64,000 bases of DNA from Octopus sinensis (taxonomy: Eukaryota): NCBI RefSeq assembly GCF_006345805.1, contig NC_042998.1, forward strand, positions 201,810,001-201,874,000. Reading direction: 5' to 3'. A program made the translations under genes and the position numbers. This document shows, in pieces, positions 13,439 to 26,629 of the stretch (positions are counted from its first letter, which is position 1; each line of letters opens with the position of its first letter). The notes below the pieces were generated by a model that worked only from the letters and a program-made list of their open reading frames with translations, made no database searches and had not been told where the DNA came from.

Positions 13439-14951
13439 TTGGGCCATCCCATAAATAATGCGGCTTTTTCAATTTCCTGAACTAAATGTCGGAGTTGGAC
13501 GGGATAAACTACCTAAAGCTATAATGGAAGTGACAAATGAGCATATGCTTTACGAGTTCAATAAAGGCAACAACGCAATGGAAAGTGCGAGGAATATTAA
13601 TGCAATATATGGGGATTGGACAATAACCGTAAGCCATTGTCAATGGTGATTCCTGAAATTGCGAGCCGCAAATTACAGTCTAAAACATGATACACGTCCT
13701 GGAAGATCTGTAGAGTTTGACGAGGGCGTCCTGCAAACACTAGTGGAACAAATTCCCATCGTAACTGTTCAGGAACTAGAATAAAAACTTGGATTTAGTA
13801 TTTCAACCATTCATCGACAAATGCGTATCCATCGAAAAAGTCAGAAATTTGGTTTAATGTGTTTCTCATAAACTTACCGAGTCTAATCGCGCGCAGAGAT
13901 TGCATATATGCTCTTCTTTGCTGTGACATCTCACGAATGAACCATTTTTTGGACCGAACAGCAACTCGTTCCGAAAATGGATTCTCTATGAAAATGCCAA
14001 GGGCCGACGTCAGTGGGTGGGGAAAGGAGAAACACCGAAACTCCAGATTAAAGAAGATCTTCACTCACGTAAGTTCTTGTCTCTTTGGTTGGAGGCGCAA
14101 TGGCCCAGTGGTTAGGGCAGCGGACTCGCAGTCATAGGATCGTGGTTTCGATTCCCAGACCGGGCGTTGTGAGTGTTTATTGAGCGAAAACACCTACAAG
14201 CTCCACGAGGCTCCGGCAGGGGATGGTGGTGATCCCTGCTGTACTCTTTCACCACAACTTTCTCTCACTCTTACTTCCTGTTTCTGTTGTACCTGTATTT
14301 CAAAGGGCCGCCCTTGTCACTCTCTGTGTCACGCTGAATCTCCCCGAGAACTACGTTAAGGGTACACGTGTCTGTGGAGTGCTCAGCCACTTACACGTTA
14401 ATTTCACGAGCAGGCTGTTCCGTTGATTCGGATCAACCGGAACCCTCGTCGTCGTAACCGACTGAGTGCTTCCATATCTCTTTGGTGGGATATGAAATGT
14501 TTAGTCGACTTTAAACTTTTTGAAACCAAACCAAAAGATAACAAATGATATCTACTGCGAGCTGCTTGAGCGTCTTTAGTCAGCGACAAGCCGAAAGGTG
14601 TTCTTCCATCAGGATAATGCTCTCCCCCATACAGCGATTTTAACATTCCAAAGGCTGGAGCTATTTGAATGGGAACCGATGCACTACCCACCATATTCGC
14701 CTGACAATGCCCCATCTGGTTATAATTAATTCTGCAGTCTTCAAAATCATTTGGACGAAACAAATATGAACTCTGCAAACAAAGTCAAAACAATACTAGA
14801 GGAGCATTTTCCGTCAAGTGAATTTTGGTTGAGGGGCCTTGCAAGTCTACAAGATAGATGGAAGAGCATTGTAGAAAATGAAGGAGAGTATATTTTAGAT
14901 TAAAAAAAAAAACAAGTATAGAGAAACCGCATTATATATGAGGTGACCCAA
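13439..14951 (+). mobile_element. Full-span degraded mariner with both TIRs, interrupted by a SINE
   Basis: TA|TTGGGCCATCCCATAAATAATGCGG ... CCGCATTATATATGAGGTGACCCAA|TA. Frameshifted transposase pieces: YEFNKGNNA.ESARNINAIYG, RPGRSVEFD, LSLWWDMK, HQDNALPH, HYPPYSPD. Confidence 0.92.
14091..14476 (+). mobile_element. tRNA-derived SINE (family A1) with 10-bp TSD
   Basis: A box TGGCCCAGTGG, B box GTTTCGATTCC; TCTCTTTGGT at 14080-14089 and 14477-14486. Confidence 0.9.
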
Positions 14952-14963
14952 TATGCTTATAAG

Positions 14964-15012
<49 letters not shown>

Positions 15013-16215
15013 ATACACTGTTTTATATATATATATATATATATATAAAAACAGTGTGTGTATGTCTGTGGGAGAGAAAGAAAGAGACGGAGAGACAGAG
15101 AGTTTGTGTGTGTGTGTGTGTGTGACTGTGTTTGTCTCTGTGTGTGCCTTCTGTGTATGTGTGGCGGTATGTGTTAATTAACAGAAAGGGAAGTAATACA
15201 TTTATTTGTGCCGAGGCATAATTTGCTAAGTGTTGTTTCAGTCACCTGAAAACACACGGAACTTGTAAAATCACTTTCCGATAATTTCGAAGCGTAAGAA
15301 AATGTTGTCGCATCATGTTGAACTGGCAATACATGCAGTATTACTGCACACGTTTGGAAATTATTTAATGACGTATTCTTAAAGCCTCCCTTTATTATTC
15401 TGTTCTTTACACTCTTGCTGAACTTATGGATATATTTCGTTCAGATGTACCGTGACCTCCTGTTATGGGTAGATAATAGTAACTTTGCAATCTGTTATAA
15501 GCTTAGAATGTAAATATCAATAACTCCATAATACCTCTCTCTCTCTCTTCCTCTCTTTTCTCTCTACACTACTTAATCTACCACTTACTTCCCATTCGTA
15601 GAGTATCTCTCTAATTATCTCTCCTTTTATCCATCTTGATTTTATTCTCTTTCAATTTCCATTTCTTCTTTAATTCTTTTCGTTTTTCCTTTTTCTTCAC
15701 ATTGCCATAATTACTTAAGATACTTTCAGCTTATGACTGCACATTTCCTTATATATAAGATATATTTAGCAAATTCTTTAATATTCTTCTACAGAAATTA
15801 TATTTTAATGAATGTGTATATATACGTTTGTGTATATTTCTGCGTATATGATTTCAGGACAATTATTTCGGTGTTAAGTTCTGTACGTTCTATTTTTCAA
15901 TTGCTCTTTGGATGTTATGCCACAAGCTTAAACTGTCGTATCAATAGAAAAACAATCTAATTTCTATAGATTTGCCGTGGGAAGAAGAATGTACCAAATA
16001 TATACTCGAAATCATCGTAGTATAAAGAGTATGCACAAACTGGAAGATAACCATTACAAATGATAATTAGATGAGTTAAAATGAAAACGGAAGGAAAGAA
16101 TATATTTGTGTGTATGTATACAAACATATGTATTTACATATGCATACATGCACACTAATACGTATATATATGCAAATATATCTATACAAGCAGACAGAAA
16201 AATACATGTGTATAC

Positions 16216-16253
<38 letters not shown>

Positions 16254-17329
16254 CTACATGTATATTTAAGTTTAAGTGTGTGCATGTGTGTGTGTGTGTG
16301 TGTACTGGGTAATACTTTAACCTGCGCCCTGTAGTGGGGACGACTTGGTACGGGGGTTCCTGGGTTTTGAGGAGTGTGGAAGCTGCAACTCGAACTAACT
16401 TTTTCTCCTTGGCTTATGCGCTGAGAACGATCTCAGGGCTTCCGTTTTCCCAACTGGCAAAAACCACATCTTGTCATTCGACTGACACATCCTGAAGCAA
16501 GGATGCCGCCTCGATCCCACTGTTCTCCTACCTCGGTGCCTCACCAGAACCTATAGCACGATCGATGTACTCATGATCTGAATCTTCCACGGCGCAGATG
16601 ATTGCTGAACGGATCATCGACTACTCATTTTGCAGTTCAAGTTTCATCTGCGGAACTTACACGTCTACCAAAAAATCCTCATGGAGAGCCCGGCGTTTTC
16701 GTGTTCCTAAATTGGGGACCTTCACAGTCGAGTGAGATTATTCGCCTCATCTCAGCATCATTTTCAGAGAAATATCCATATTCGCAGATGGACAGTGGAG
16801 AAGAATATTAGTACAGCCTACGGGAAACGAACACCAAAACTGCTGCGGAAATAATTGACAATTACAAACATACTTTTCAAGGTCGGTTTGACCAAAATAA
16901 TGACCAGAATACAAGGCTGAACAACGAGAAGAGAAAATTACGTCTGGCGTGAGAGCATTTCTTAACGTGCTCCCGCTTGTGACATAGCGTAGACTATGTG
17001 ATCACCAGAGTCACTGATGGCAAGCAAATTCACGTGAGTACAGTTGTTTGTGGATACAGCAGCGATCTTAGGTTTTTCTTTGCTGAAAGTGAGAAACGTT
17101 GGGTCTACGTTGCGAAGTAATTAATACACGCAAATCCATTCACGACTTAACCTCCCTTGGCTTACCGAAATGTTTCCCAATATCCGTTCCGACACTGGAT
17201 ATCATTCCTTACATCGCATCCCACGAAAGTACCCTGAGTTTGAAAAGGCCCTAGAACGCATGGAAACACTTGTCGCCGTCGACATATCCCTGTTGCTCTT
17301 GCTGCACTGTGATCAAGCTGAAAATACCA

Positions 17330-17877
17330 GGCTGTATATGCTTATGCAGCATAAGGCAGACATTTCGAGGCAGAGGTTGCTCCCGAAAACCTTAAAGAAC
17401 CGACCATAATTAATGTCTATTTGCTTGGCGACTGCGCAAACTGCAGAAACTAAAAGGGCATCTTCCTTCGCAGCATTGAAGGATAAATCTTCACCAGCGC
17501 CCTCCTAGATAAATTAGTGGTCGTCTTTGAAGAAGATCTTCCAGACTGGCAATGTTCTCGCTCGCTTTTGTTTCTTATAGCAGTAGTGAAACGTAAAGTG
17601 TGCTGATCCTTGACTGATTCGAGGAAGACTTTTGAAAACACTCATAGCATGTGAGGAATCGTGTATCTATGGTTTTCTCTCCAAAACAATCACTTGAAAA
17701 GGGTCCTTCTTGACAAAAAAGGTGTCATAAGAATTCTTCTATCAATGGAAACAGCGCTGGATAAAGTGTGCTGTTTTAGACGGGAACTACTTCGAAGAAT
17801 AAAGCTTTGAAGCATTTTAAATGTGTTGTACTTTTACTCATATATCACCAGTCCTGATACCTTTTGATCAGACCTCG
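17330..17877 (-). mobile_element. Degraded mariner 5' part
   Basis: TIR TA|CGAGGTCTGATCAAAAGGTATCAGGAC at 17877; HTH remnants ESVKD, ENIASLEDLLQ and AKQIDINYG. Left boundary uncertain. Confidence 0.65.
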
Positions 17878-17899
17878 TATTGTGTTTCTGATTTTAAAC

Positions 17900-18182
17900 T
17901 GTTGTGGCGAGAGACACGACAACCCCTGAGAGAGTAGACTTCACTGAACGACTATAAACAGAAGCGGTCTGAGTGAGAGAGAGTGTGAGTAGGTGTTAAT
18001 CGCAGGAAGTCGTAAGGTGTCGTTTCGGTAGTTTGTCTGAATATCGTTTGTCGGTTCGCGTATAGTTCGTGGATACTTTGTTGGATTGTTACGTTGCTGT
18101 TACTCTGATTTGTTAAATATATGTATTTTTACTATACGCTTATAGTGTAAAATATATCGACATAAATAGTGGCGACACTACA
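17900..18182 (+). mobile_element. Possible solo or 5' LTR
   Basis: Starts TGTTGTGGCG and ends CGACACTACA (imperfect terminal IR, TG..CA), with an internal TATAAA and a TGGCGAC PBS-like motif. No matching TSD. Confidence 0.35.
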
Positions 18183-19018
18183 ATTATTGGCGAGCAGTTA
18201 TTACGTTACCATATAACGACATTTATATATATTAATACATAATTATATAGATTATATAATATATGAGACGTAATAGTTGTACTTAAATTCTTATAGCCTT
18301 TGGATTTTATCCTCACCGTCATCTTGATCTTGTAATTGAAGCATTACTGACATCCTGATGTAAATGTAGTGTACTAATTAGTTATAAATCGTTTATGCAT
18401 TTGTTCTTATTGATTCCAATTTTGACCTACTATTTACAGGTGATTAATATTTGTGTCACCAGTAAGTATTGTATATTCAAATATACAGTCTCAACTACAT
18501 TTCTGAATACATTATATACAGAAGCAAAATTCCTGTTGGTCCCATTTGGAACATGTTTAATGAGTAGTATGGTCACAAAGAGCCCACGAACGTCAAAACG
18601 GCAAAAGAAAACCTTGCTACTAAGATGGTTGACCTGAATTTTCTATTGGCTTTATGAGTGCGCGAATATACATTTTCTCAAGCTATAAACTTCCGTTTCA
18701 CTTTTGTGGCCTATATTAGAGATGATATTTATATTGATATCACTCTGTGATTCTAAGAGTTGATGTCCTTATTTATCAAATTATTAAATGACTATTATTC
18801 CCTACTTTCAAGCTTAAATTGATGAATACAGATGAAGGATAAAAAATAAATGATTAAAGAGAACAACAGAAAGTAATAATAACCAAATTCAATTAAATTA
18901 AATTGTACATGTGAGAATTATGCATCGGCAATAACTAAATTGTGAAGGCACATTAAATCAGGATTTGGAATTCTGAGGATCGAGAATAAGTATTCCATGA
19001 AGATGATTTTATCTGATA

Positions 19019-19410
19019 CTAGCAGTATCGCCCGGCGTTGCTCAGGTTTGTTTCGACCCTTTAGAATTGGAATTTTTGAAATGTAAAACGTTTGTATTAT
19101 GTAGCTTGTTATTCTCTTTAAGTGAACATTTTTCTGATTGAAATACACCGAGAAATGGCGATACAACTGTCAAACAATCGTAAAAAAATTGGAATTTTCA
19201 TAGAAAAAAAGCACCTTTTTGATGTAAATAATTTTTGGTCTTAACATGGTTTCATTTGAATTTTCTCTACTACGGAAGGAAGAGCAAGCCTTCTTCTATC
19301 ATACTCTCAATTTTGGTCAACTTGCGCCACAGGGTCTCGGAGGAGATAGTGTTAGTTGAAGGCTACCAAACCTGCCATACACACAACTTCAGCTTTTTTA
19401 TATAGAACGA
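19019..19410 (-). mobile_element. Non-autonomous Helitron (divergent interior)
   Basis: Minus strand: A|TC..TATATAAAAAAGCTGAAGTTGTGTGT ... CCTGAGCAACGCCGGGCGATACTGCTAG|T. Confidence 0.8.
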
Positions 19411-20534
19411 TTAATAAGAAATATTAATTTATAACATAGGGCAATATTACATTCTCAAATCTAATTTTACTTATCAAAAATTTTAGAAAATGCATGAATG
19501 TCAACATCATGACATCACTAGCACAGATTTCCTACATAAATCGTCAAATAGTCTCGCTGCCAACTTTGCCATGGTTTGCTATTAACATCATTGTAATGAT
19601 ATGGAAAGCATTAATCTTCGAGTAATGACAAACTAGATGACTTCGCATTAAATTTGATTATGTTAGAAAGATACTTTCTCTTCCATCAATTATCATTTAC
19701 GAAACACAGTTGTTACTTAAGTCCAGAGACTAAGAATCTTTTCTTATATAAATTTTTGGCACATTACTAAATTAAACGTAGCGAGATATAAACTCAAATT
19801 TGTCTGCTGGATTTTACAAACGTAAATCCTATACTTTAGACATAACAATCAGCGAATTGCTTACCTACAAAATTCACCTGTATAAACATAAATAATCAAG
19901 AATGATAATAGTCATCCATCTCTCATAATCTACCATATGCATTATGTCTTAGCTTGTGGAGAGAAGAGTTAGCATAAGTTGTGAAATAAATTAGAACTAT
20001 GAAGTAAATAACTATTGATACAACTACTTACTTTGGGGATTCTTTTTTTACGTCTTTAGATTTACATCCATAAAGAAAGATTAACATGAAATCCCAAGTT
20101 CAGCATCATGGAACTGCCGCTAAGCTGCACGGGTTAATTATATATCTCTGTGTGCAAGGCAGTGCAATATATATATCTTAATCTTCTTCACCCATAGAAC
20201 AGAACAAATAGGTGAATCAGTTCAAACAGCTACTGAAATATTAATAATTCCTAACGCAGGGTCTAAAATCTCCTATGGCGGAGTTCGCTGATTGAATCTG
20301 TTCAAATATCTGGCTCGTAATTATATTTATCGACCTCCGACGAATGAAGGACAAAGTCGACTCTGCTCTGGTAAGGACATGAAGTTACGTAAATTACAAC
20401 TAACACAAAGTAATGTGACCGTTGCTCTATCTATCATGTCGGGTAGCTAACTCAAATTTCCAGCTTTTTTTTTTATTTATTGTACGAGATTGTTACTGGT
20501 AAATTTTCTTTGAAATGGAACCGGGGGATTCATA

Positions 20535-20930
20535 TCTTTATATATAAAAGTAAGGTTGTGTGTCTGTGTCCTACAATTTAGATTCCTAACTACTCCCACA
20601 TTTTGCGGTGCAATTTAACCAAAACCGGGTATCTTATAGTCGTGATTCATATCAAGCCCTTCTGGGTATTAGCGCGTGTCTACGATGAGTTTACGATTTA
20701 AAAAAAAAATTCCATCATTTTTTTCCATTTTCATGCATTTTTTCCGCTATTAAATAAGGGAATTAGCTCTCTAAAAATGTCTATGATGAGTCAACGATTA
20801 AAAAAAAATTACCATCATTTTTTTTTTCATTTTTAATGCATTTTTTGCTATTTTTTTGCTATAACTCTCTAAAAATGCTTATATAGTTATTTCCCTTACA
20901 AACCCGAGCAACGCCGGGCGATACTGCTAG
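20535..20930 (+). mobile_element. Non-autonomous Helitron
   Basis: A|TCTTTATATATAAAAG ... CCCGAGCAACGCCGGG hairpin, CGATACTG, CTAG|T. These are canonical Helitron termini with an AT target. Confidence 0.9.
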
Positions 20931-21101
20931 TCTTATATAAAAGTTTAGTACGAAATACATTGCTGAATGTTGATACACGACACCTCTGGATAGAACATAG
21001 TCTGCAACAGTAGCAAAACAGTTATAATATTGCATCTTTGATGAGAGATAACTATATTTTGATATGTAATTACTTGATTGCAGGTAGTCATTTATTTTTG
21101 A

Positions 21102-21496
21102 CTAGTAGTATCGCCCGGCGTTGCCCGGGTTTGTAAGGGGAATCACGATATAAGCATTTTTAGAGATGCAAAGTATAATAACCATCTCAATATGGCTAAC
21201 CACAAAGGGGGGGTGTCACTGTAGCTTTTTACGTTCTGAGATTTAATAATAAATTTTTAGAGAGTTACTTCCCTTATATATGCCAAAAATGCATTAAAAA
21301 TGGGAAAAATTATGGTAAATTCTTTTTAAAATCGTAGACTAATCGTAGACGCGCGCTAATACCCAGAAGGGCTCGATATGAATCACAACTATAAGATACC
21401 CGGTTTTGGTTAAACTGCACCGCAAAATGTGGGAGTAGTTAGGAATCTAAATCGTAGGAGACAGACAGCACACAACCTTACTTTTATATATAAAGA
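21102..21496 (-). mobile_element. Non-autonomous Helitron (variant interior)
   Basis: Reverse complement of the same termini; about 90 bp near the 3' end differ from the 20535 copy. Confidence 0.9.
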
Positions 21497-21500
21497 TATA

Positions 21501-22200
21501 CGTGGGGTGTTCATTAAAGATTTCCCCAGATTCACTTCGCAAGGACTGGGATAAACGAAACGACATAATTACCAGTCCTTCTCCACATAATAACACACTT
21601 CTCTACCAATGGTGACACACTTCTCCCTCTAATTTATGCAGCTGAGAAAATGTCCGTAGCAGTCGATAAGATTCGTCTGGAGCCAAGACTTACATTATCA
21701 TCTGAAAGAGTGCCGCCCCTTCAAAAAAGACTTCATGGTTGGAATGAGGTAGCAGTCGTATAGCACGTGGTCGGGAGAGTAAGGTGGATAAGGAAACATT
21801 TCATAGCTACTGGAGTGTGCTTTCATCTGCGCAACACGTTCATTATGAACTGGGGTGTTGTCTTGGAGCGGGTGGCTCATTTACTCAGCATGTCACGCCT
21901 CTCTGCTTCGATGCCGCCCCGCAATATCTGCAGTAGAGAAGCATGATATTAATTGCGGTGCACTTTGCCAGAAAATCCATCATTACTACTCTGCCCTGAT
22001 CTCAAGAGACTGGGAGCAATTGACTCGTTCCTGCTTCTTAAAAGGTGTGGGCATCCGAGGAATCCATCATGCAGATAACTTCTGCATGTGCAAATGGTCG
22101 TGAATGATTTTGTTTCTACAGACGCTCTAGTTATCGATAAATCAAGTACCAGTTGAACATTGCGGTTTGGTTAATTGATGTAGCACATTCCAATAACGCC
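21501..22200 (-). mobile_element. Degraded mariner 3' half
   Basis: ORF 21698..21880 LQDNTPVHN..YEMFPYPPYSPD..YLIPTMKSFLKG; TIR TA|CGTGGGGTGTTCATTAAAG at 21501. Right boundary approximate. Confidence 0.85.
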
Positions 22201-22364
22201 TTGACTTGAGCAAAACTTTGTAACCGATATTAAATTTGTGTTGTCAGAAATCTGAAGGCATCAGCTAAATGCCTCAACCCCAATCCAAGAGTCATTCTAT
22301 AAATTCTGTAGATTTAAATTACTGTTTTATGTGTGTGTCTGTGTATCTTGTATTATTATATATA

Positions 22365-22771
22365 TTACTCTTTACTCTTTTACTAGTTTCAGTCATTTGA
22401 CTGCGGCCATGCTGGAGCACCGCCTTTAGTCGAGCAAATCGACCCCGGGACTTATTCTTTGTAAGCCCAGTACTTATTCTATCGGTCTCTTTTTTGCCGA
22501 ACCGCTAAGTAACGGGGACGTAAACACACCAGCATCGGTTGTCAAGCAATGCTAGGGGGACAAACACAGACACACAAACACACACACATATATATATATA
22601 CATATATACGACAGGCTTCTTTCAGTTTCTGTCTACCAAATCCACTCACAAGGCATTGGTCGGCCCGGGGCTATAGCAGAAGACACCTGCCCAAGATGCC
22701 ACGCAGTGGGCCTGAACCCAGAACCATGTGGTTGGTTAGCAAGCTACTTACCACACAGCCACTCCTGCGCC
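22365..22771 (-). mobile_element. Full-length tRNA-derived SINE family B (resembles octopus OR-type/CORE SINEs)
   Basis: Head GGCGCAGGAGTGGCTGTGTGGTAAG..GGGTTCAGGCCC, CORE-like CTTGGGCAGGTGTCTT, internal (TA)(TG) tract, tail AAATGACTGAAACTAGTAAAAGAGTAAAGAG. Family naming is from memory and unverified. Confidence 0.88.
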
Positions 22772-23699
22772 TATATATATGTTGTGATATTATTTATAAT
22801 TTAGGCTAACAGACATGAGGCTAACAGACAAATTACTTTGCCTTAATTTGTTTCCTTTTGGTCATCTTTCGCTGTATATTTCATCTGACAATAAATGATA
22901 AAGCTATAACCAGGCATATACTGAACTTCGTTTTATAGATTACGTCTATAAAATAAGGTTTGGAGCAAATAAGGGGAATCAATTGTATAATGCTTCCATC
23001 AATTTAGCGTTGATTTACATATAAATGATGAAAGAGTTGTGGTCTTGATAATTACTAGAATATTACAAAATGACATGACGTGGAGTGTGGAGAAGAAACA
23101 AGAACACACTGGGAAGTATTTAGCCGCGTCTATTTGTATAATTAATGAGCTAAAATCCCGCTGAGATCTGCAGTTGCTTGTTGTCTCTCCAGGATCGATA
23201 AGATAAGCGACAACCAAGTACTGGTTGGATTATTTGGAGTACATACTTTCAGTTAGAAATGATAATAAGATGAAGTGACAGAAAAGTAAATGGCGATAGT
23301 TCATTATTTACAAACTTCGTCCTGAAAGGGCCATTATGTTACTGTAGTAGAAGCATTAATTAACGGGAAATACTAATTACAATGAAAACTAATGACAGTT
23401 AATGAAAATGTATTGCGACAAGGAATAATTGCAACAATGAATAATTGCTACTATATATAATTAATATAGAAAAATAGCTAAAAATAAAGAAAACATTAAT
23501 TGGTTGAAGATAAGTATTCTTATTAGGGATATAGTCCTCAGATAACTGAGAAAAGACCTTTTAGCTCTTTTGGTTTTGCTTTTTTTAAGGGACTGAGGCC
23601 ACAGTATATCAGCTTTGTGATTTATATCAGAAACGTGATAATTTCTCCAGCTGTTACACTTTATTGAAATTACCAGAAATGTTGCTATAAGACTGGGTA

Positions 23700-23910
23700 C
23701 TGAAAATTACCTGGCTTCAAGGGTGTCACGAAAGGCCTGGTAGGAGGTCCAGCCTTCCGAGTTTTATTATAGGACTTAGAAAAAAATGAAGGACCGCTTC
23801 AAAAAGTGTGCGAATGTGAGGGGAAAGTATTTTGGATAAAATCTTAATCAACTGACACTTCTGTTTATTTTTCTTTTACCTAGAACATGGGACTTTTTAG
23901 TACTCCCTCG
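23700..23910 (+). mobile_element. Mariner 3'-terminal fragment
   Basis: KDRFKKCANVRGKYFG* then TIR GGGACTTTTTAGTACTCCCTCG|TA. Confidence 0.7.
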
Positions 23911-25304
23911 TAAAGTTTTTTAAAACCTGGTCATTGAGTAAAACATTGGATTTGTAATTTCTGATAATTAGAGATTTGAGGCATTGTATAATCTGATATT
24001 CTTATGCTTTCAGATAAAAGTGGAAAAGCAAGTGAAGGCAATTATTTTGCAACAACCAGAAACACTAAAGCAGATCCTGATCTCTGATCTCTTAGCGTCT
24101 TATCTGTCTAAAGATATATGTGATCTAAAACAAACGTTAATTTCGCTCTATCAGGGTATAAGTATTCTTCATATCTCGGAAGACTCTTGTACAAGGCATA
24201 TTTTATGTTTGGCAAATACGTTTTTCCTTCAGTAAGCATATTATTGTGTAAACTTCAGGTGACGAGCAGGCAGAATCTCTATCACGCCGGTGAATATGCC
24301 AGCGACATTCCCTCTGGCTTTACCTTCTCAGTTAAGGTCCTGCCGATGTTGACTTTGCTTTTCAACTCTTCCGAATTCTAGAAAGTAAGTACATGATCAA
24401 TACTAGGGCCAATGAAAGCAACTACTACCCTCCCCTAAAATTTCAGCTCTTCTATCAATATTAGAATAATGAAGAAAAACAAAAAACTATACATTAAGTG
24501 TTTAGCATGATGTATGTGTATGATCAGAATAAAATATGAAATTCAGAGAATAATGACAGTTATTTCTATTATTCATGAGAGGAACAGAGTACGTGTGTAT
24601 TGTAGTAGCATATTGGCCACACTAGCGCTGTTTAACTTTAGCTTGGAGTGGGTGAAACAGTGTAATTTAGAAAGAAGTTGATCAAATGGAAACGTTTCAA
24701 GACTAACGCGAGATGGATATAGTCCAAAGGTTGCAAAGTTGCCTCATATCTGACGCAGTAAACGTTTTTCCTGATATCAATTAATAAAAAGCAACAAAAT
24801 AACCTGTGCTGTGCGCAAGATGCAAGAAATTAGATGTGACGGAAGAGAACGTGTCTCCTGTAGTTTGGTAAATATATCGTTGTGAATGCAGTTACAAAGA
24901 GATTGATTAACAAAGTGTCTCTGTCCGACTATTTTAATATCCTTCGATATGTTTAAAGCAGACGCAATATGCCTGAAATTTACAAGGTAACGTTTGTTAT
25001 TGTTGCTGTGTGGTAGCTTCGAATCGGAAACTGTTTCAGCAACTGTAATTCTAAAGAGACATGCCTTTGCATAACACTGTATAGAGACAAGAAAATAATT
25101 CTGAAAAATCACTCGACATTGTCTCCTTTATATTTTATTCAGTGTTAAAGAACACAAAGAATACTAAGAAAGAGTATTGTACACGGAGCATGATGTTCTT
25201 GCAAAAACAAGGAAAAGTCATATATCTGACCTTCGAGTCGGAGAATTATGCTGTAAACAACATGTAACGAATAAGTGAACATCCCCTCTCCTCTTTCTTT
25301 CTCT

Positions 25305-25329
25305 CTCTCTTTCTGTTTGTATATATATA

Positions 25330-25401
<72 letters not shown>

Positions 25402-25414
25402 CATATATATATAC

Positions 25415-25445
<31 letters not shown>

Positions 25446-25497
25446 AACATATATATATAAATATATACATATATATATATATATATATATCTATATA

Positions 25498-25536
<39 letters not shown>

Positions 25537-25545
25537 TATACATAC

Positions 25546-25622
<77 letters not shown>

Positions 25623-25632
25623 TATATACTAC
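25305..25632. repeat. (TA)n/(TACA) microsatellite
   Basis: Direct reading. Similar tracts at about 1140-1345, 4910-5090, 27555-27705, 29425-29520, 33175-33312, 44395-44600, 52070-52360 and 55200-55280. Confidence 0.95.
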
Positions 25633-26629
25633 ATATGTGTAAATTTCTCTCTGTGGGTGTGCTTGTGGAGTTGTTAGCTAACTTCTACACCATCGTTTTA
25701 TCGATTTTGTTGAAAGTTGATACGTGATTACAACTCGTCTGGAAACCTCATGTCTTATTTGGATTATTGAAAAAAATCGATAATAGGGCCTTATGGAAAG
25801 GATCATTATATATATATCTTATATATTTTATTTTAAAAATCAAGGAAAACAACCCATTCATTTTGCTAAATTATTTGGTAAATTTGAATTTGAGTATGCT
25901 TATTTTTTAGTAATTGAACTGTTAGAGTTTTTTTCTTAATTCATCCAGTACAAGTTTTAAAGAATAAAATAGTATTTCTCTAAACAATAGATCAACTTAT
26001 TTCTGTTAGTGACTTCTTCACGAATTTACCACCACTAGCACCACTAAGGGAAATATTCTCTGAGAACGCACAAAAGCCCTTTTCAGAGATATTTACTTTG
26101 AATTGTTATTATCTCATATCTCATTAGCATGTTATTACGTATCATGCTTCATGATTTTAGTATACATACCTTATTAGTACTTCCTCCTGCATTCTATATA
26201 ATCTGGGAACGTATTAAAGCCCTTTTCGGGGATACTTTATTTGAATTCTCACTATCGGGTAACTCATTTCATCTTATAATATAACTGACTTCCTAATTTG
26301 GGTATTCATAACTTATTGGGAATTCCTAAGAACACGATCCGTAAGACAGTTCGGTATTCTCTGTAAATGCACAAAAATTGTTTTAAAGGCAGTATATTTT
26401 AAATTGTTGTTATTGGATTAGCGAAACAATTATGAAGACGAAACGAAGAGATAAGCCCCGCTACCCAGGAATTACCGGGTACTTCAGCTAGTATATATAC
26501 ACACATATATATACGTTTATGTATTTGTGTTGCAAGATTCCTGATGTTAAACCGTGTGTTGGAACAGATATTGTTATATTTCGGAATGGTCATTTTTTTG
26601 GTTGGCCAAATAAGCACAAGGGCTCTATA

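Noticed and set aside
16330-17330. GC-richer segment with ORFs 16602..16811 and 17170..17409
   Set aside because: Probably decayed transposon sequence, but I could not assign a motif or splice structure.
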